In this document: positions 1-12,552 of the stretch, one piece after another | Numbering within the stretch: position 1 is the first letter of the stretch | How the letters are laid out: each line of letters opens with the position of its first letter | DNA from: Candidatus Latescibacterota bacterium | GTDB lineage: Bacteria; Latescibacterota; UBA2968; SICM01 | Length of the DNA stretch: 64,000 bases | Reading direction: 5' to 3' | Assembly: GCA_965217865.1 (NCBI GenBank) | Contig: CBDCJO010000002.1 | Coordinates: 2,016,001 to 2,080,000, forward strand | Position numbers and translations under genes: made by a program | Notes under the pieces: generated by a model | What the model was told of the DNA's origin: nothing | Database searches by the model: none | What the model saw: the letters and a program-made list of their open reading frames with translations, nothing else

Positions 1-142
1 CTACCTTGAAGACGTCAACGGATATACCTGGCGGTTTTTTACCCCGACTGAGTAGGATACCTAAGCGCCCAACGTGTATTATCATTTCTCCGCTTTATTC
101 CCCTCCGAACCGAAAAACCTGCCAGGGTCGTGCAATCTTCTA

Positions 143-171
143 TTGAATTGCTTCCGGACAACGGCTATATT
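143..171 (+). promoter_or_regulatory. sigma70-like promoter upstream of fumarase
   Basis: TTGAAT (143-148), 17 nt, TATATT (166-171). Confidence 0.5.
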
Positions 172-248
172 TTCTGTTGCCAACCGCCAATGTAACGCGA
201 AGCGTCAGACAATCCCAGCCAGAGCACAATCCTTGTGAGGAAACGACG

Positions 249-1873
<1,625 letters not shown>

Positions 1874-2113
1874 TGAAGACTGTTTCTTCCTGTTTTTTAA
1901 TGGATTAGATTTTCCCGTCACGGATGTGGGTTGCGAGCAGAGAGAGGAACCGGTGGGGTGGTAGTAAGAAAAAGGGCGACCTTGGGGAGGGGGTGAAAGC
2001 AAACAAGATGACTCCCGACGTCATGTCGATCCTTCGCAGGCAAGCGGTGTTAAATGCAGGGCTAATTCTGTTACACGCCATATAAACCAGGAAGATCTCG
2101 AAGACTTAACACG

Positions 2114-3117
2114 ATGAATAAAGAAAGCCAAGGCAAGGGATCAGCTTCTGATATGGAAAGCGGGGGATCCATAGCCTTATGCGATCCTCACTTCCACACG
2201 TGGGACCTCCCCAACCGCCCCAACCCTAACCTGTGCTCGGCGCAGTGGCCGAACAGCTGCCGACCTATCTGACGTCCGACTACGCCCGCGACATGCGGGA
2301 GCTCCCCCCCCAGCTGCGGCTTGTCTCCCGGGTGCACGTGGAGACCGTCGTCGGACAGATGGATGGCGGCATTCCCCTGGATACCGTGGACGAGACACGG
2401 TGGGTGTGTTCCGAGCTCGAGCCAGCGTCCGCGGAACTCCCCTTTTCCCTGGTCGCCTATGTGCACCTGGCGCGGGACACTGCCGAAAGCGAGCGGCTGC
2501 TCCAAGAACACGCCGAGGCCTCGGGGGGACGGTTGTGCGGTGTCCGCATGATCCTGAACCACCATCCCGACGACCCGAGTCTGACGTGGCCGCAGGTGGA
2601 GAGCTGCGAGTTGCTGCGCAGCTCCATCTTCCGCCAAGGCATGACCCTGCTCGACCAACGCAATCTGTCCTTCGACCTGTCGTGTAACCCGCACCAGATT
2701 GAGGACGCCGTGAAGGTGTTTCGCGACTTTCCGGGGATTCGAGTGATTATAAACCATTTTGGTTTTCTACACGACGGCGAGGATGAAACGCACGAGCGGT
2801 TGTGGCGCGAAGGAATGCGCGCACTGGCCGCGCTGCCGAACATCTACGTGAAACTGTCGATGTTCTGGTTTGCCATGGAGGGTTTTCACCAAGACCCCTC
2901 GAAAGAGGAGAGAGTTCGGGGACTGGTCAGAGAGATGATCGATACGTTCGGATGCGACAGGTGTATGTTTGCCAGCAACTACCCGGTGGACAAGCTTATG
3001 GGCATTGGGATATCGACGCTTTACAGCAAATTCCTCCAGTGGAGCGCGGACCTGTCGGACGCGGACCGATCCGCCCTCTTTCACGACACCGCGATTCGGG
3101 CCTACGGTCTCGTTTGA
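2114..3117 (+). CDS. amidohydrolase 2 family (sugar lactonase-like), frameshift near 2230
   Basis: N-terminal DPHFHTWDL (DxHxH) reads from ATG 2114 in a different frame from the 2233..3117 ORF, which has VHVE, INHFG, VKLS and MFASNYPVD. Confidence 0.8.
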
Positions 3118-3205
3118 TCACGTTTTGTGGGGGACGCACTTAAGACCGCAAAGGGACGCCCGGGGATCTTTGCAGAGATTTTCGTTTCCATGCGTAAGTA
3201 ATAAA

Positions 3206-3667
3206 ATGAGTTTCGGAGAATTCCCGGCCACAAGACACCGCGTGACCTACGCCATAATACTAACGGTCGTCCTTGGGGTCGGCCTCGGTTCACGCAATGC
3301 CCCCTTCCAGATCCCTCCATTCATCTCAACCTATGCCGGCGATACCCTTTGGGCCCTGTTCGTATTCCTTGGAATTCGATTCCTGATCCCAACCGGTTCG
3401 ATTCTGGGGGCTTCGATCACCGCCGGGACCGTCTCGGTACTGGTGGAGATCTCCCAGCTTTACCACGGGAGTTGGATCGATGCGATCCGGGAAACCTGGC
3501 CTGGAGCCCTGATCCTGGGCCATAACTTCATATGGAGTGATTTCATCTGCTACTTCGCCGGAATCGGCCTCGGAGCCCTCTTCGAACTCGCAGTGAGGCA
3601 CGGTCGGTCCTTTCCCGAAGTTAGAAACGAACCTGACCCCCTCACGCTTCAGAAGGGTGGAAGATGA
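3206..3667 (+). CDS. DUF2809-like membrane protein
   Basis: YAGDTLWA, VEISQLYH and LILGHNFIWSDFICY motifs; hydrophobic; ATG 3206. Confidence 0.75.
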   Translation: MSFGEFPATRHRVTYAIILTVVLGVGLGSRNAPFQIPPFISTYAGDTLWALFVFLGIRFLIPTGSILGASITAGTVSVLVEISQLYHGSWIDAIRETWPGALILGHNFIWSDFICYFAGIGLGALFELAVRHGRSFPEVRNEPDPLTLQKGGR

Positions 3668-4659
3668 TGAAGGCGATGGTCTTCGAGAGCGCAGGTTCCC
3701 CCCTCCAACCCCGCGACCTTCCCGTCCCGAAACCCGGCCCCGGACAGGTTTTGATCAAAGTCCACGCCTGTGGGGTATGCCGGACCGACCTGCATATCCT
3801 CGATGGCGATCTCAAGGGTCCGAAATTGCCTTTGATCCTCGGACACGAAATTGTCGGGATTGTGACGGAAATCGGAGAAGGTGTTGAAAGAATCTCGACA
3901 GGACAACGAATCGGCGTCCCCTGGATGGGGTCAACTTGTGGTTCCTGTATCTTTTGTTCGAAAGACCGTGAAAATCTCTGTGAGATGGCCGCCTTCACCG
4001 GTTACCAGATCGACGGTGGCTACTCCGAATACACGCTGGCGAACCATCGTTACTGTTTCCCGATTCCGGAAAATTATACCGACACCGGAGCGGCCCCCTT
4101 GCTCTGTGCTGGACTCATTGGCTATCGATCCTTCCGCATGACCGGAGACAGTTCCCGAATTGGCCTGTATGGGTTCGGCGCCGCCGCTCATATCATCCTA
4201 CAGGTTGCCCGCCACGAGGGCCGTCAGGTTTACGCCTTCACACGTCCGGGTAACACCCTGGGGCAGGCCTTTGCACTGTCCCTGGGGGCTGTCTGGGCGG
4301 GTGGGTCCGACTCCCCGCCCCCCGAACCCCTCGACGCGGCCATTATCTTCGCACCGGTGGGGGGCCTTGTCCCCATAGCACTTCGGGCGGTCGTCAAGGG
4401 GGGAACTGTGATATGCGCCGGCATTCACATGAGCGAGATCCCTACCTTCCCTTACGAACTCCTGTGGGGGGAGAGAATCGTCCGATCCGTGGCCAATCTC
4501 ACCCGTCAGGACGGCGCGGAGTTCCTCCAACTGGCGCCTACCGTCCCGGTTCAAACCGAAGTGAGTACCTTTGCTCTGGATGATGCGAACGATGCCTTGG
4601 AAAGCTTGAGAAGCGGTCGAATTCAAGGCGCGGCCGTTCTGGTGATGGACCAGGCCTGA
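3664..4659 (+). CDS. zinc-dependent alcohol dehydrogenase family protein
   Basis: CGVCRTDLH, GHEIVG, CxxCxxC structural Zn site, GLYGFGAAA. Confidence 0.92.
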   Translation: MMKAMVFESAGSPLQPRDLPVPKPGPGQVLIKVHACGVCRTDLHILDGDLKGPKLPLILGHEIVGIVTEIGEGVERISTGQRIGVPWMGSTCGSCIFCSKDRENLCEMAAFTGYQIDGGYSEYTLANHRYCFPIPENYTDTGAAPLLCAGLIGYRSFRMTGDSSRIGLYGFGAAAHIILQVARHEGRQVYAFTRPGNTLGQAFALSLGAVWAGGSDSPPPEPLDAAIIFAPVGGLVPIALRAVVKGGTVICAGIHMSEIPTFPYELLWGERIVRSVANLTRQDGAEFLQLAPTVPVQTEVSTFALDDANDALESLRSGRIQGAAVLVMDQA

Positions 4660-4706
4660 GTTCGGAGCGTTCCGGGTTAGGCTATTTGAATTGTTTCGAA
4701 AGCCAC

Positions 4707-4858
4707 GTCCTGAGCGGAGCGGCGGTTTTTGCCTCGTAGTCGAAGTTTCCTTGTACTCTCAGATCCTGAACCATTGCTTTTGGGCGCGACGCATTTTCTC
4801 TTCGTCTTTGAGACAATCCAAACAAAATATGTCATCTGAGCCGAAGGCGAAGAATCTC
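4707..4858. repeat. REP-like palindromic repeat, copy 1 (two sub-units)
   Basis: GTCCTGAGCGGAG...GTCGAAG (4707-4745) and TGTCATCTGAGCCGAAGGCGAAGAATCTC (4830-4858) match copies at 12433 and 39779. Confidence 0.7.
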
Positions 4859-4902
4859 GCACCTCTTTTTTGATTTCATTGCATTTTCCATTTTCCATTT
4901 TC

Positions 4903-5940
4903 ATGAAGCCACTGAGGATCTCCGAGCGGAAAAAGCGAAGGCGGGTCACCTCGATCCTCCTCTGGACGGCCTTTCCTGTTTGCACCCTGGCAGTACTAAT
5001 CTATTCGACAACGATGCCGAATCGATCGTATTCTGGACCCCTCAGGCCCCTGTCTCAAGAAGAGAGCTCCCTCTCAATTCGTCTCAAAACCCACGTGTCG
5101 AAGTTGGCCGGAGAAATCGGGGAGAGAAACGTCTGGCACCCGGCGGGCCTTGAAAAGTCAGCTGATTATATCAATATGGTTTGGAGGGAGATGGGGTTCG
5201 ATGTAGATTCCCAGTCTTTCACAGCTCAAGGGATGGTCGTGTCGAACCTGGAAACCCGGAAATCCGGATCCACCTTGCCCGAAGAGATCATCGTCGTGGG
5301 CGCACACTACGATTCGGTGATCGGGAGCCCCGGCGCAAACGATAATGCCTCGGGCGTGGCTGCCCTTCTCGAAATCTCCAGGCACTTCGCAAACAGTGGA
5401 TGCCGGAGAACGATCCGGTTTGTCGCGTTTGTGAATGAAGAACCGCCATTCTTCCAGACCAACCTGATGGGCAGCCTCGTCTATGCATCCCGATCCAGAA
5501 AACTTGGCGAGCAGATCTCCGCCATGATCTCGATGGAGACCATCGGTTATTACTCCGACGAGGAAGGGAGCCAGGGCTATCCGTTTCCGCTGACCCTGTT
5601 TTATCCCCGAACCGCCAACTTTATCGGCTTCGTCGGAAATATGTCGTCCCGTCGCCTCGTTCATAGAGTCATTTCGACATTTCGGGGGCATACCGACTTC
5701 CCGTCTGAAGGGGCGGCCGCCCCAGGATGGATCGCAGGAATCGGTTGGTCGGACCACTGGTCCTTCTGGCAACACGGTTACCCCGCCGTTATGGTTACCG
5801 ATACCGCCCCTTATCGTTATCAACACTATCACTCCGGAGACGACACGCCGGATAAGATCGATTATGATCGAATGGCGCGCGTCGTGGCCGGAATCATAAA
5901 GGTTGTCGCTGACCTCGGCGATTCCCCATCCGGTTCATAA
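4903..5940 (+). CDS. M28 family metallopeptidase
   Basis: GAHYDS, GANDNASG, NEEPP, SDHWSF, YH zinc-peptidase motifs; N-terminal TM segment. Confidence 0.9.
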   Translation: MKPLRISERKKRRRVTSILLWTAFPVCTLAVLIYSTTMPNRSYSGPLRPLSQEESSLSIRLKTHVSKLAGEIGERNVWHPAGLEKSADYINMVWREMGFDVDSQSFTAQGMVVSNLETRKSGSTLPEEIIVVGAHYDSVIGSPGANDNASGVAALLEISRHFANSGCRRTIRFVAFVNEEPPFFQTNLMGSLVYASRSRKLGEQISAMISMETIGYYSDEEGSQGYPFPLTLFYPRTANFIGFVGNMSSRRLVHRVISTFRGHTDFPSEGAAAPGWIAGIGWSDHWSFWQHGYPAVMVTDTAPYRYQHYHSGDDTPDKIDYDRMARVVAGIIKVVADLGDSPSGS

Positions 5941-5956
5941 AAGCCCGCATCACCAA

Positions 5957-7492
5957 TTGACTTTCTCGTGGAGGCTTCTTTCGAAAAAAATCGATCGTTC
6001 CACCGTTCAATGGACCGGGCTTTTCGCAGGTCCCGCCCTCGGCGTGTTAACCTACCTGCTGCTTCCGGATACCTACCAGGACAGCCGGGGCGCGACCCTC
6101 CTTTTTACATCCGCCGGACACGCCACCGCTGCGACAGGGGTCTGGATGGCTGTCTGGTGGATCACCGAGGCGATCCCCGTTTACGCCACGGCCCTGCTGC
6201 CGCTGGCCCTCTTTCCAGCAACCGGGGCCGTCCCGATCCATAAGGCCGCATCCCCTTATGGTCACGAACTGATCTTTCTGTTTATGGGCGGGTTCATCAT
6301 CGCGCTTTCGATGCAGCGCTGGGGTTTGCACAGGAGGATCGCCTTGGCCGCGCTCCAGCTGGTCGGCACGGGTCCGACCCGGATCGTCGGCGGTTTCATG
6401 GGAATCACAGCCGTCCTCAGCATGTGGGTGTCCAACACCGCGACCACCATCATGATGCTGCCGATCGCGCTGAGCGTAATCGGTCTGGTCCGGCCGGAGA
6501 AAACCGAAGGGCCAATCGATGAAGCCTCTAAAAAAAAAGGAAACAACTTTGCCGTCTGTCTGCTCCTGAGCATCGCCTACGCATCCTCGATCGGCGGAAT
6601 TGGCACCCTCATCGGAACGCCTCCCAACCTCTTTCTGGCCTCCTTTATCCAGAGCCAATTGGGCGTGGAGATCAGCTTCGTGAGGTGGATGGGAATCGGG
6701 ATACCCCTTGTGGCGGCCTTTCTCCCACTGACTTGGCTGCTGATGACGCGCGTATTTTATCCGTCCGGACCGATACGGATCGAGGGCGCGATCGCCGGCA
6801 ATGCCTACAGGGAACTGGGCGCCATGAAACCCGGAGAATGGGCATCCCTGATCGTCTTCCTCCTGACCGCGATGGCGTGGATGTCTCGCCGATTTATTAT
6901 CGACCTCGAATGGAACGGTTCTAAGCCCTTCTCAGGGATCTCCGATCCGGTCATCGGCATGATCGCCGCCCTGGCGCTGTTCGTAATCCCCCTCGACTTC
7001 AAGAAGCGTGTCTTTGTCATGAACTGGGAAACCGCTGTCAAGCTCCCCTGGGGCCTTCTGGTACTTTTTGGCGGAGGGCTGAGCCTGGCGGCTGCCATAA
7101 AAACAAACGGCGTGGGGGAGTTCCTCGGAAGTCAAGTTGGCGGTTTTGTGGGAATTCACCCACTCCTAACAATCCTCCTGACGACCGCTTTGATGATCTT
7201 CCTGACGGAGCTCACCAGCAATACCGCGACGACAGCAACCCTGATCCCGATCCTGTTCGCTCTGGCTCCGGGTCTTGGCATGAATCCATTCGTGATGATC
7301 GTGCCTGCCGCGATCGCCGCGAGCTGCGCGTTCATGCTCCCTGTCGCCACCCCCCCAAACGCCATCGTCTTCGGTTCTGGCAACGTGACAATCCCACAGA
7401 TGTGCAGGGCCGGTCTCTGGCTGAACCTTATCGGCATCGTACTGATCACAGCGCTGACCTACACGTTTGCCCTGCGGTTGTTGGGAGTCTGA
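5957..7492 (+). CDS. DASS/SLC13 sodium-coupled anion (dicarboxylate/sulfate) symporter
   Basis: SMWVSNTAT, IGTPPN, TELTSNTAT, FMLPVATPPNA; start uncertain (TTG 5957, or GTG 5968 if the A7 run is A6). Confidence 0.9.
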   Translation: MTFSWRLLSKKIDRSTVQWTGLFAGPALGVLTYLLLPDTYQDSRGATLLFTSAGHATAATGVWMAVWWITEAIPVYATALLPLALFPATGAVPIHKAASPYGHELIFLFMGGFIIALSMQRWGLHRRIALAALQLVGTGPTRIVGGFMGITAVLSMWVSNTATTIMMLPIALSVIGLVRPEKTEGPIDEASKKKGNNFAVCLLLSIAYASSIGGIGTLIGTPPNLFLASFIQSQLGVEISFVRWMGIGIPLVAAFLPLTWLLMTRVFYPSGPIRIEGAIAGNAYRELGAMKPGEWASLIVFLLTAMAWMSRRFIIDLEWNGSKPFSGISDPVIGMIAALALFVIPLDFKKRVFVMNWETAVKLPWGLLVLFGGGLSLAAAIKTNGVGEFLGSQVGGFVGIHPLLTILLTTALMIFLTELTSNTATTATLIPILFALAPGLGMNPFVMIVPAAIAASCAFMLPVATPPNAIVFGSGNVTIPQMCRAGLWLNLIGIVLITALTYTFALRLLGV

Positions 7493-7513
7493 CCGCGATC
7501 ACACCATAATCCC

Positions 7514-8128
7514 ATGTCTGTCCCAACTTCAAAGAAATCCCCACCCGATATCCGGCGGTTAAAGCGGGACATCGTCTTTCAAGAACGCCTTCGAGACACG
7601 GAGTTCGAGTTTCACAGCACCTGGGGCCTGTTCAGCCCGCGCCAGATCGACGAAGGGACCCGGTTGCTCGTGGAAAACTTCGATGTCCGCCCGGATCATA
7701 CCACCCTGGAGATCGGATGCGGATACGGACCGATCGGGATTGTCCTTGCCCATCAATCGTCCTCAGGGGATGTGCATATGGTGGACAAGGACTACATCGC
7801 GATCGAGTACGCGAAGATTAACGTCCGGGTGAACGGATTGGACAACTGCAGGGTCTACCTGAGCAACGCCTTCAGTGAAGTGCCTGAGAGATTGCGATTC
7901 GACAACATCGTTTCGAATCTGCCGGCCAAAATCGGAAAGGAGATGTTGTCGATTATTCTCCACGACGCTTTCCACCGGTTACACCCAGGCGGACGGTTTT
8001 GCGTCGTCACCGTCTCCGGACTCCGACAGTGGATTAAACGAAATCTGAATGATGTTTTCGGAGATTATCGAAAGTTGAAACAGGGGAGATATTACACGGT
8101 CGCGGTTGCGAATAAACCAGCTGATTAA
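7514..8128 (+). CDS. class I SAM methyltransferase, RsmC/MTS-like
   Basis: GLFSPRQIDEGT, EIGCGYGPIG, IVSNLP. Confidence 0.85.
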   Translation: MSVPTSKKSPPDIRRLKRDIVFQERLRDTEFEFHSTWGLFSPRQIDEGTRLLVENFDVRPDHTTLEIGCGYGPIGIVLAHQSSSGDVHMVDKDYIAIEYAKINVRVNGLDNCRVYLSNAFSEVPERLRFDNIVSNLPAKIGKEMLSIILHDAFHRLHPGGRFCVVTVSGLRQWIKRNLNDVFGDYRKLKQGRYYTVAVANKPAD

Positions 8129-9784
8129 GGGGACCGATTTGATTCCAGGCGCTTTTCGCGGACTGGCACTCGCTGCTGCGCTTTTAAGCCCGGCATCCAC
8201 GGATGCAAAAGCCGGTGAAATCCAGCTCGTCCTGCAGATAACCGTCGATCAGCTGCGCGGCGATATGCTCTCGCGATTCAAGGACCGCTTCAGGCCGGAC
8301 GGATTCAGGTATTTAATGGACCTGGGGGTCCATTACGCTAACGCCCACTTTGGTCATTCAGCCACATTGACCGCCGTCGGTCACGCCACCCTGGTCACCG
8401 GAGGGCATTCCGCCCAACACGGCATGGTTGGAAACCACTGGTTCGATCGGATGGCCGGAAAACCCGTATACTGTGTCGAAGACGACAGTCACAAGATCAT
8501 CGGAAAAAAGACCCCCCCCGGCATCGGAACCTCACCCCGAAACCTGACCTCCAACACCATCGGAGATGAAATGGTGCTGGCTTCCGGAGGAAAGTCAAGG
8601 GTCTTCAGCGTCTCAATTAAGGACCGGGGGGCGATCATCCCAGGAGGACACCTGGGAAAGGCCTTCTGGTATACGCCGGACTCGGGTGAATTCGTCACAA
8701 GCACATTCTACTACCGTGAAATCCCGGATTGGGTTGAAACGTGGAACGCGGCCGCGCACGCGGACAAGTATAGAGATCGATTCTGGAAGCTCAAATCCGA
8801 TTCAAAAGTCTATATCGCAGATACGGATGACAGGCCTTTCGAAAAATCCTACGGCAATTTGGGACATCTCTTTCCACATCCCCTCCACCACAAGGATCGG
8901 TCCGCCTTTTACCGGGCACTGCGCTATACGCCCTATGGTGACGAGTTTACCCTTGCGTTTGTCAAAGAACTCATCACGCGTGAAAAACTTGGCAGAGGCG
9001 ATGCCGTCGACTTTCTTGCCGTCAGCCTTTCCGCTACCGATTATATCGGCCATGCCTTCGGTCCGCTCAGCCTGGAATATGAGGACAACCTGTTCCGCCT
9101 GGATGCCTCGATGGCGGATCTCTTCGCCTATATCGATTCTGAAGTGGGTTTGGATAAATCCCTGATCGTGCTCTCGGCCGACCACGGCGTAGACGAAGCC
9201 CCCGAACGCAGACAGAAATTGGGCTTTGAGGCAGGTCGTCTTAGACCCCAGGAGTTTATGGCCGCCGTCAACTCGGCTTTGCAAAAACGGTTCGGGTGCA
9301 TCGAGACCCTTCTGGTGGCCTTTTTTAATCCGTCCCTTTACCTCGACAGGGAAGCCATTCAGAAACTCGGGTTGGACCCCGTCACGGTCGAAACCGCCTT
9401 GGCCGAGGAGATGCGCACCATCCCCGGAATCGCATCAATCGTCACCCGATCGGACCTGATGGCAACGAACCTGCCCGCACCCCGTTGATGAAGGAAATTC
9501 ATCGTTCATTTCATCCGGATCGGTCCGGGGATGTGATCATCGTTCAAAAACCCTTCTGGTATTTGGCCCCTAAACCAGAGAGATATACTGCAACCCACGG
9601 ATCCCCATATACTTATGATACATACGTCCCGTTATTGTTCCACGTACCGGACGTGAAACCTCGGACCGTATATCGTCGGGTAGCCCCGGCTGATATCGCC
9701 CCGACGCTAGCCTTTATCCTCGGGATCAACCCCCCGCCCGGCTCTGTCGGAACACCCCTCAATGAGGTCCTCGACCGTCCCTGA
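8106..9784 (+). CDS. alkaline phosphatase superfamily (PafA-like), split by a frameshift near 9480
   Basis: TVDQLR, TAVGHAT (Thr nucleophile), SIKDR, DYIGH, SADHG in 8106..9488; RSGD and THGSPYTYDTYVPL in 9485..9784; signal-peptide-like N-terminus. Confidence 0.88.
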
Positions 9785-9964
9785 CCCTTTTCCGACACCC
9801 GAAAATAACGTTGTACAGGCAAGTAAAGAATTATTATATCATCCTTATTTAATGTTGGTTATATTAAAGTTAATGCTTTGATTTCACGGAACCGGCGTGG
9901 ATAACGATCGCTGGATTTCAACGACAGACGTTCCAGACTATAGTTGATCGAGGAGTCTTTGAAG

Positions 9965-10981
9965 ATGAAGGCCCTTTTCTATCTTGGCAACCAACAGGTT
10001 GAGCCCCGGGAGACGGATCCCACTAAACCCGGTCCAGGAGAAGTCCTCCTCAGGGTCAAACGTGCGGGAATCTGCGGGACAGACCTTCACATCTTCCAGG
10101 GACACATGGACAGACGGGTCAAACCCCCGATGGTTATGGGCCACGAAATGTGCGGGGAGGTGGCCGAAGTCTCGCAGGATGCGGAGGCATCGATCGGAGA
10201 GCGCGTGGTCGTGGAGCCGACCCTATTTTGCCGCCGCTGTCCGGCATGTCGGCGGGGGCACACCCACGTCTGCCAGAACCTCAACTTTATGGGGGCCGAT
10301 AGCACGGGGGCCTTCCAAGAGTACTGGTGCGTACCGCAGGACCGCCTGCACAGGATCCCCGACAACCTGGATGATGACGTGGGGGCTTTGATCGAGCCTC
10401 TTGCCGTGGCGATTCACGACATGCGTATGGCCCAGGTGGAAGTGGGAGATCGGGCGGTGGTGATTGGAGGGGGGCCGATCGGTCTCCTGGTCGCTCTGGC
10501 AGCCCGTCTGGACGGAGCAGAGGTCGTGATCTCGGAGGTCAATCCCTATCGCATCGAAATGGCACGTGCGTTCGGAATACAGGGGATAAATCCGAATGAG
10601 GATGATCTTAAAGCCTGGGTGGAGGATTGGACCGGTGGTGCGGGGGCTGACCTTGTGTTCGAGGTGAGCGGAAGTCCTGCGGGGGCCCGGGTCATGACCG
10701 ATCTCTTACGGGTGAGAGGAAAGGTCATCCTGATAGCCATCCACGCGGAGCCGCCGCCCGTCAATCTGCTTAAGTTTTTCTCTCGGGAACTCTCAATGAT
10801 CGCCTGCAGGGTATACGAGCCCATCGATTTTGAACGTGCGATCCGGATCGCCGCCTCAGGAGTAATCGACTTAAAGGGAATGATATCAAAGGTCATCCCC
10901 TTGACCGAAGCCGCTGAGGGGTTTGAGGATATGAACCGCGGGGGGGATGTCATGAAAATCCTGCTCGATTGTCAGGCGTGA
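9965..10981 (+). CDS. zinc-binding sugar-alcohol/sugar-acid dehydrogenase (MDR family)
   Basis: GICGTDLH, GHEMCG, CxxCxxC, IEPLAVA, GGGPIG. Confidence 0.9.
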   Translation: MKALFYLGNQQVEPRETDPTKPGPGEVLLRVKRAGICGTDLHIFQGHMDRRVKPPMVMGHEMCGEVAEVSQDAEASIGERVVVEPTLFCRRCPACRRGHTHVCQNLNFMGADSTGAFQEYWCVPQDRLHRIPDNLDDDVGALIEPLAVAIHDMRMAQVEVGDRAVVIGGGPIGLLVALAARLDGAEVVISEVNPYRIEMARAFGIQGINPNEDDLKAWVEDWTGGAGADLVFEVSGSPAGARVMTDLLRVRGKVILIAIHAEPPPVNLLKFFSRELSMIACRVYEPIDFERAIRIAASGVIDLKGMISKVIPLTEAAEGFEDMNRGGDVMKILLDCQA

Positions 10982-11034
10982 AATCCCGATTTAGGGGCGT
11001 TGAGGATTGGGTCTCGTCCTGGTTTTAGTTCGCC

Positions 11035-11292
11035 GACCTCTGACCTCGTTTTTTTAGGTCTTCTTCTGTCTCCTGTATTCTGTATTCCGGCGGGGATGGG
11101 CGGAAGGGACTTCCTTCAATCGTCCATCGTCAATGGTCAATCGTCGATCTTCAATTTCCCTGGCCCCTGACCCCTTTGCTCTTTCTGCCACTGCCACCTG
11201 CTACTCCCTTTTGCCGTCTCACGGTTTTCCTGCTACTGCCACTGCCAACTGCTACTGCCTTTCCCTGACCCCTGACTTCCGACCTCCGACCC
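11035..11292. repeat. modular 6-7-mer tandem repeat tract
   Basis: CTGACCT, CTGTATT, ATCGTCA, CTGCCA units; about 50 bp shared with 40795-40850. Confidence 0.75.
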
Positions 11293-12063
11293 CTAGTACT
11301 TCAATATCCCCATCAACTCGTCATACACCTTCCCGTTCGTCGAGATGGCACTGCCCCCACGGTCGGTCACATTCCCATTCCAGTCCGTGAAGGTCCCCCC
11401 GGCCTCGAGGACAATCGGATAAAGAGCCGCGCTGTCCCAAACGTTCATAACCGGGTCCAGCATAACCTCCGCACGTCCGGTGGCCACCAAGACATGCCCG
11501 TAGCAGTCTCCCCAACCCCGACTGAGATTGGCCGCCACACACGCTCGAAAGTATCCGGGACCATAGCCCTCCTTAAAAATCCGCGGGATATCCGAGGTCA
11601 TCAGCAGGGACTCCGACATCCGGGTAACTTCGGATACACCCGTGGCCCTACCGTTCCAGAAGCACCCTTCCCCCCTTGCCGCGTAGACCATCTCTTTGAG
11701 GGCCGGAAAATTCGCAACGCCCATCACACACCTTCCCTCCTCTTCCATGCCGATCAGCGTCCCGAACAGGGGCACCCCGTGGATAAATGATTTCGTCCCG
11801 TCGATTGGATCAAGGATCCATCGACGACCGGAATGTCCTTCGAACTCTCCCCCCTCCTCACCCACGATGCCGTCATTCGGGAATTGATCTTGAATCAAGG
11901 TCCGTAATTGTTCTTCGGCCTCCCGGTCCGCGATCGTGACAGGCGACTTATCGGCTTTGGCTTCGACGGCGACTCCTGTTTGGTAGTAACGAAGGATGGT
12001 CTTTTCAGCCTGTGCCGCCGCGTCAACAGCAAAATCAAGCAGATTGCGCATTTCAGATGCCAT
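11293..12063 (-). CDS. hisN: histidinol-phosphatase / inositol monophosphatase family
   Basis: SPVTIADR, GEE, WILDPIDGTKSF, RGWGDCYG, WDSAAL. Confidence 0.8.
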   Translation of the reverse strand: MASEMRNLLDFAVDAAAQAEKTILRYYQTGVAVEAKADKSPVTIADREAEEQLRTLIQDQFPNDGIVGEEGGEFEGHSGRRWILDPIDGTKSFIHGVPLFGTLIGMEEEGRCVMGVANFPALKEMVYAARGEGCFWNGRATGVSEVTRMSESLLMTSDIPRIFKEGYGPGYFRACVAANLSRGWGDCYGHVLVATGRAEVMLDPVMNVWDSAALYPIVLEAGGTFTDWNGNVTDRGGSAISTNGKVYDELMGILKY

Positions 12064-12123
12064 TGGTTTCCCTCTCATCCAATCCGGATATTCCTCCCGT
12101 AACAATCCCTCAGAGTACGGTCC

Positions 12124-12309
12124 TTAACGCTCCGAAACCAACTCCCCCCCGATGGACCAGTGATCTCGGGAGACCTCTTCGAGAACGACCATCGTCCCAT
12201 CCCGGGGAGCGCCGCAAATCTCAACGATGTCATTCGTAATGGCCTTTACCAGTCTCTGTTTCTGTTCATTCGAACGACCTTCCAGCATCTTCACGGATAT
12301 AAAAGGCAT
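12124..12309 (-). CDS. 4-oxalocrotonate tautomerase family protein
   Basis: MPFISVKMLEGR (catalytic Pro1) ... HWSIGG; 61 aa; GGAGG RBS. Confidence 0.9.
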   Translation of the reverse strand: MPFISVKMLEGRSNEQKQRLVKAITNDIVEICGAPRDGTMVVLEEVSRDHWSIGGELVSER

Positions 12310-12432
12310 ACAGGACACCTCCACGACGCATTGTTGATAGGTGGGTTAGTTTTTACATTACAACTTTTATGCAAGATGCGTACATCTTTTTCTGGGTGCT
12401 TCTGAGCAAATTGAAATAGTTCAAATCACGAA

Positions 12433-12541
12433 TGTCATCCTGAGCCCCTTCGGCTCACTTCGTTCGCTCAGGATATACTCCGGCGAAGCTTTGTCCTGAG
12501 CGGAGTGGCCGTTCTTTGGCCACGGAGTCGAAGGGAATCTC
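12433..12541. repeat. REP-like palindromic repeat, copy 2
   Basis: TGTCATCCTGAGC...GGCGAAGCTTTGTCCTGAGCGGAGTGGCC...GGCCACGGAGTCGAAGGGAATCTC. Confidence 0.75.
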
Positions 12542-12552
12542 GGTTTTTATTT

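Noticed and set aside
9480-9490. Selenocysteine or stop readthrough at the phosphatase TGA
   Set aside because: The downstream part is in a different frame, so an indel explains it.
11035-11292. CRISPR array in the repeat tracts
   Set aside because: Units are 6-7 nt with no repeat-spacer structure; no cas genes.
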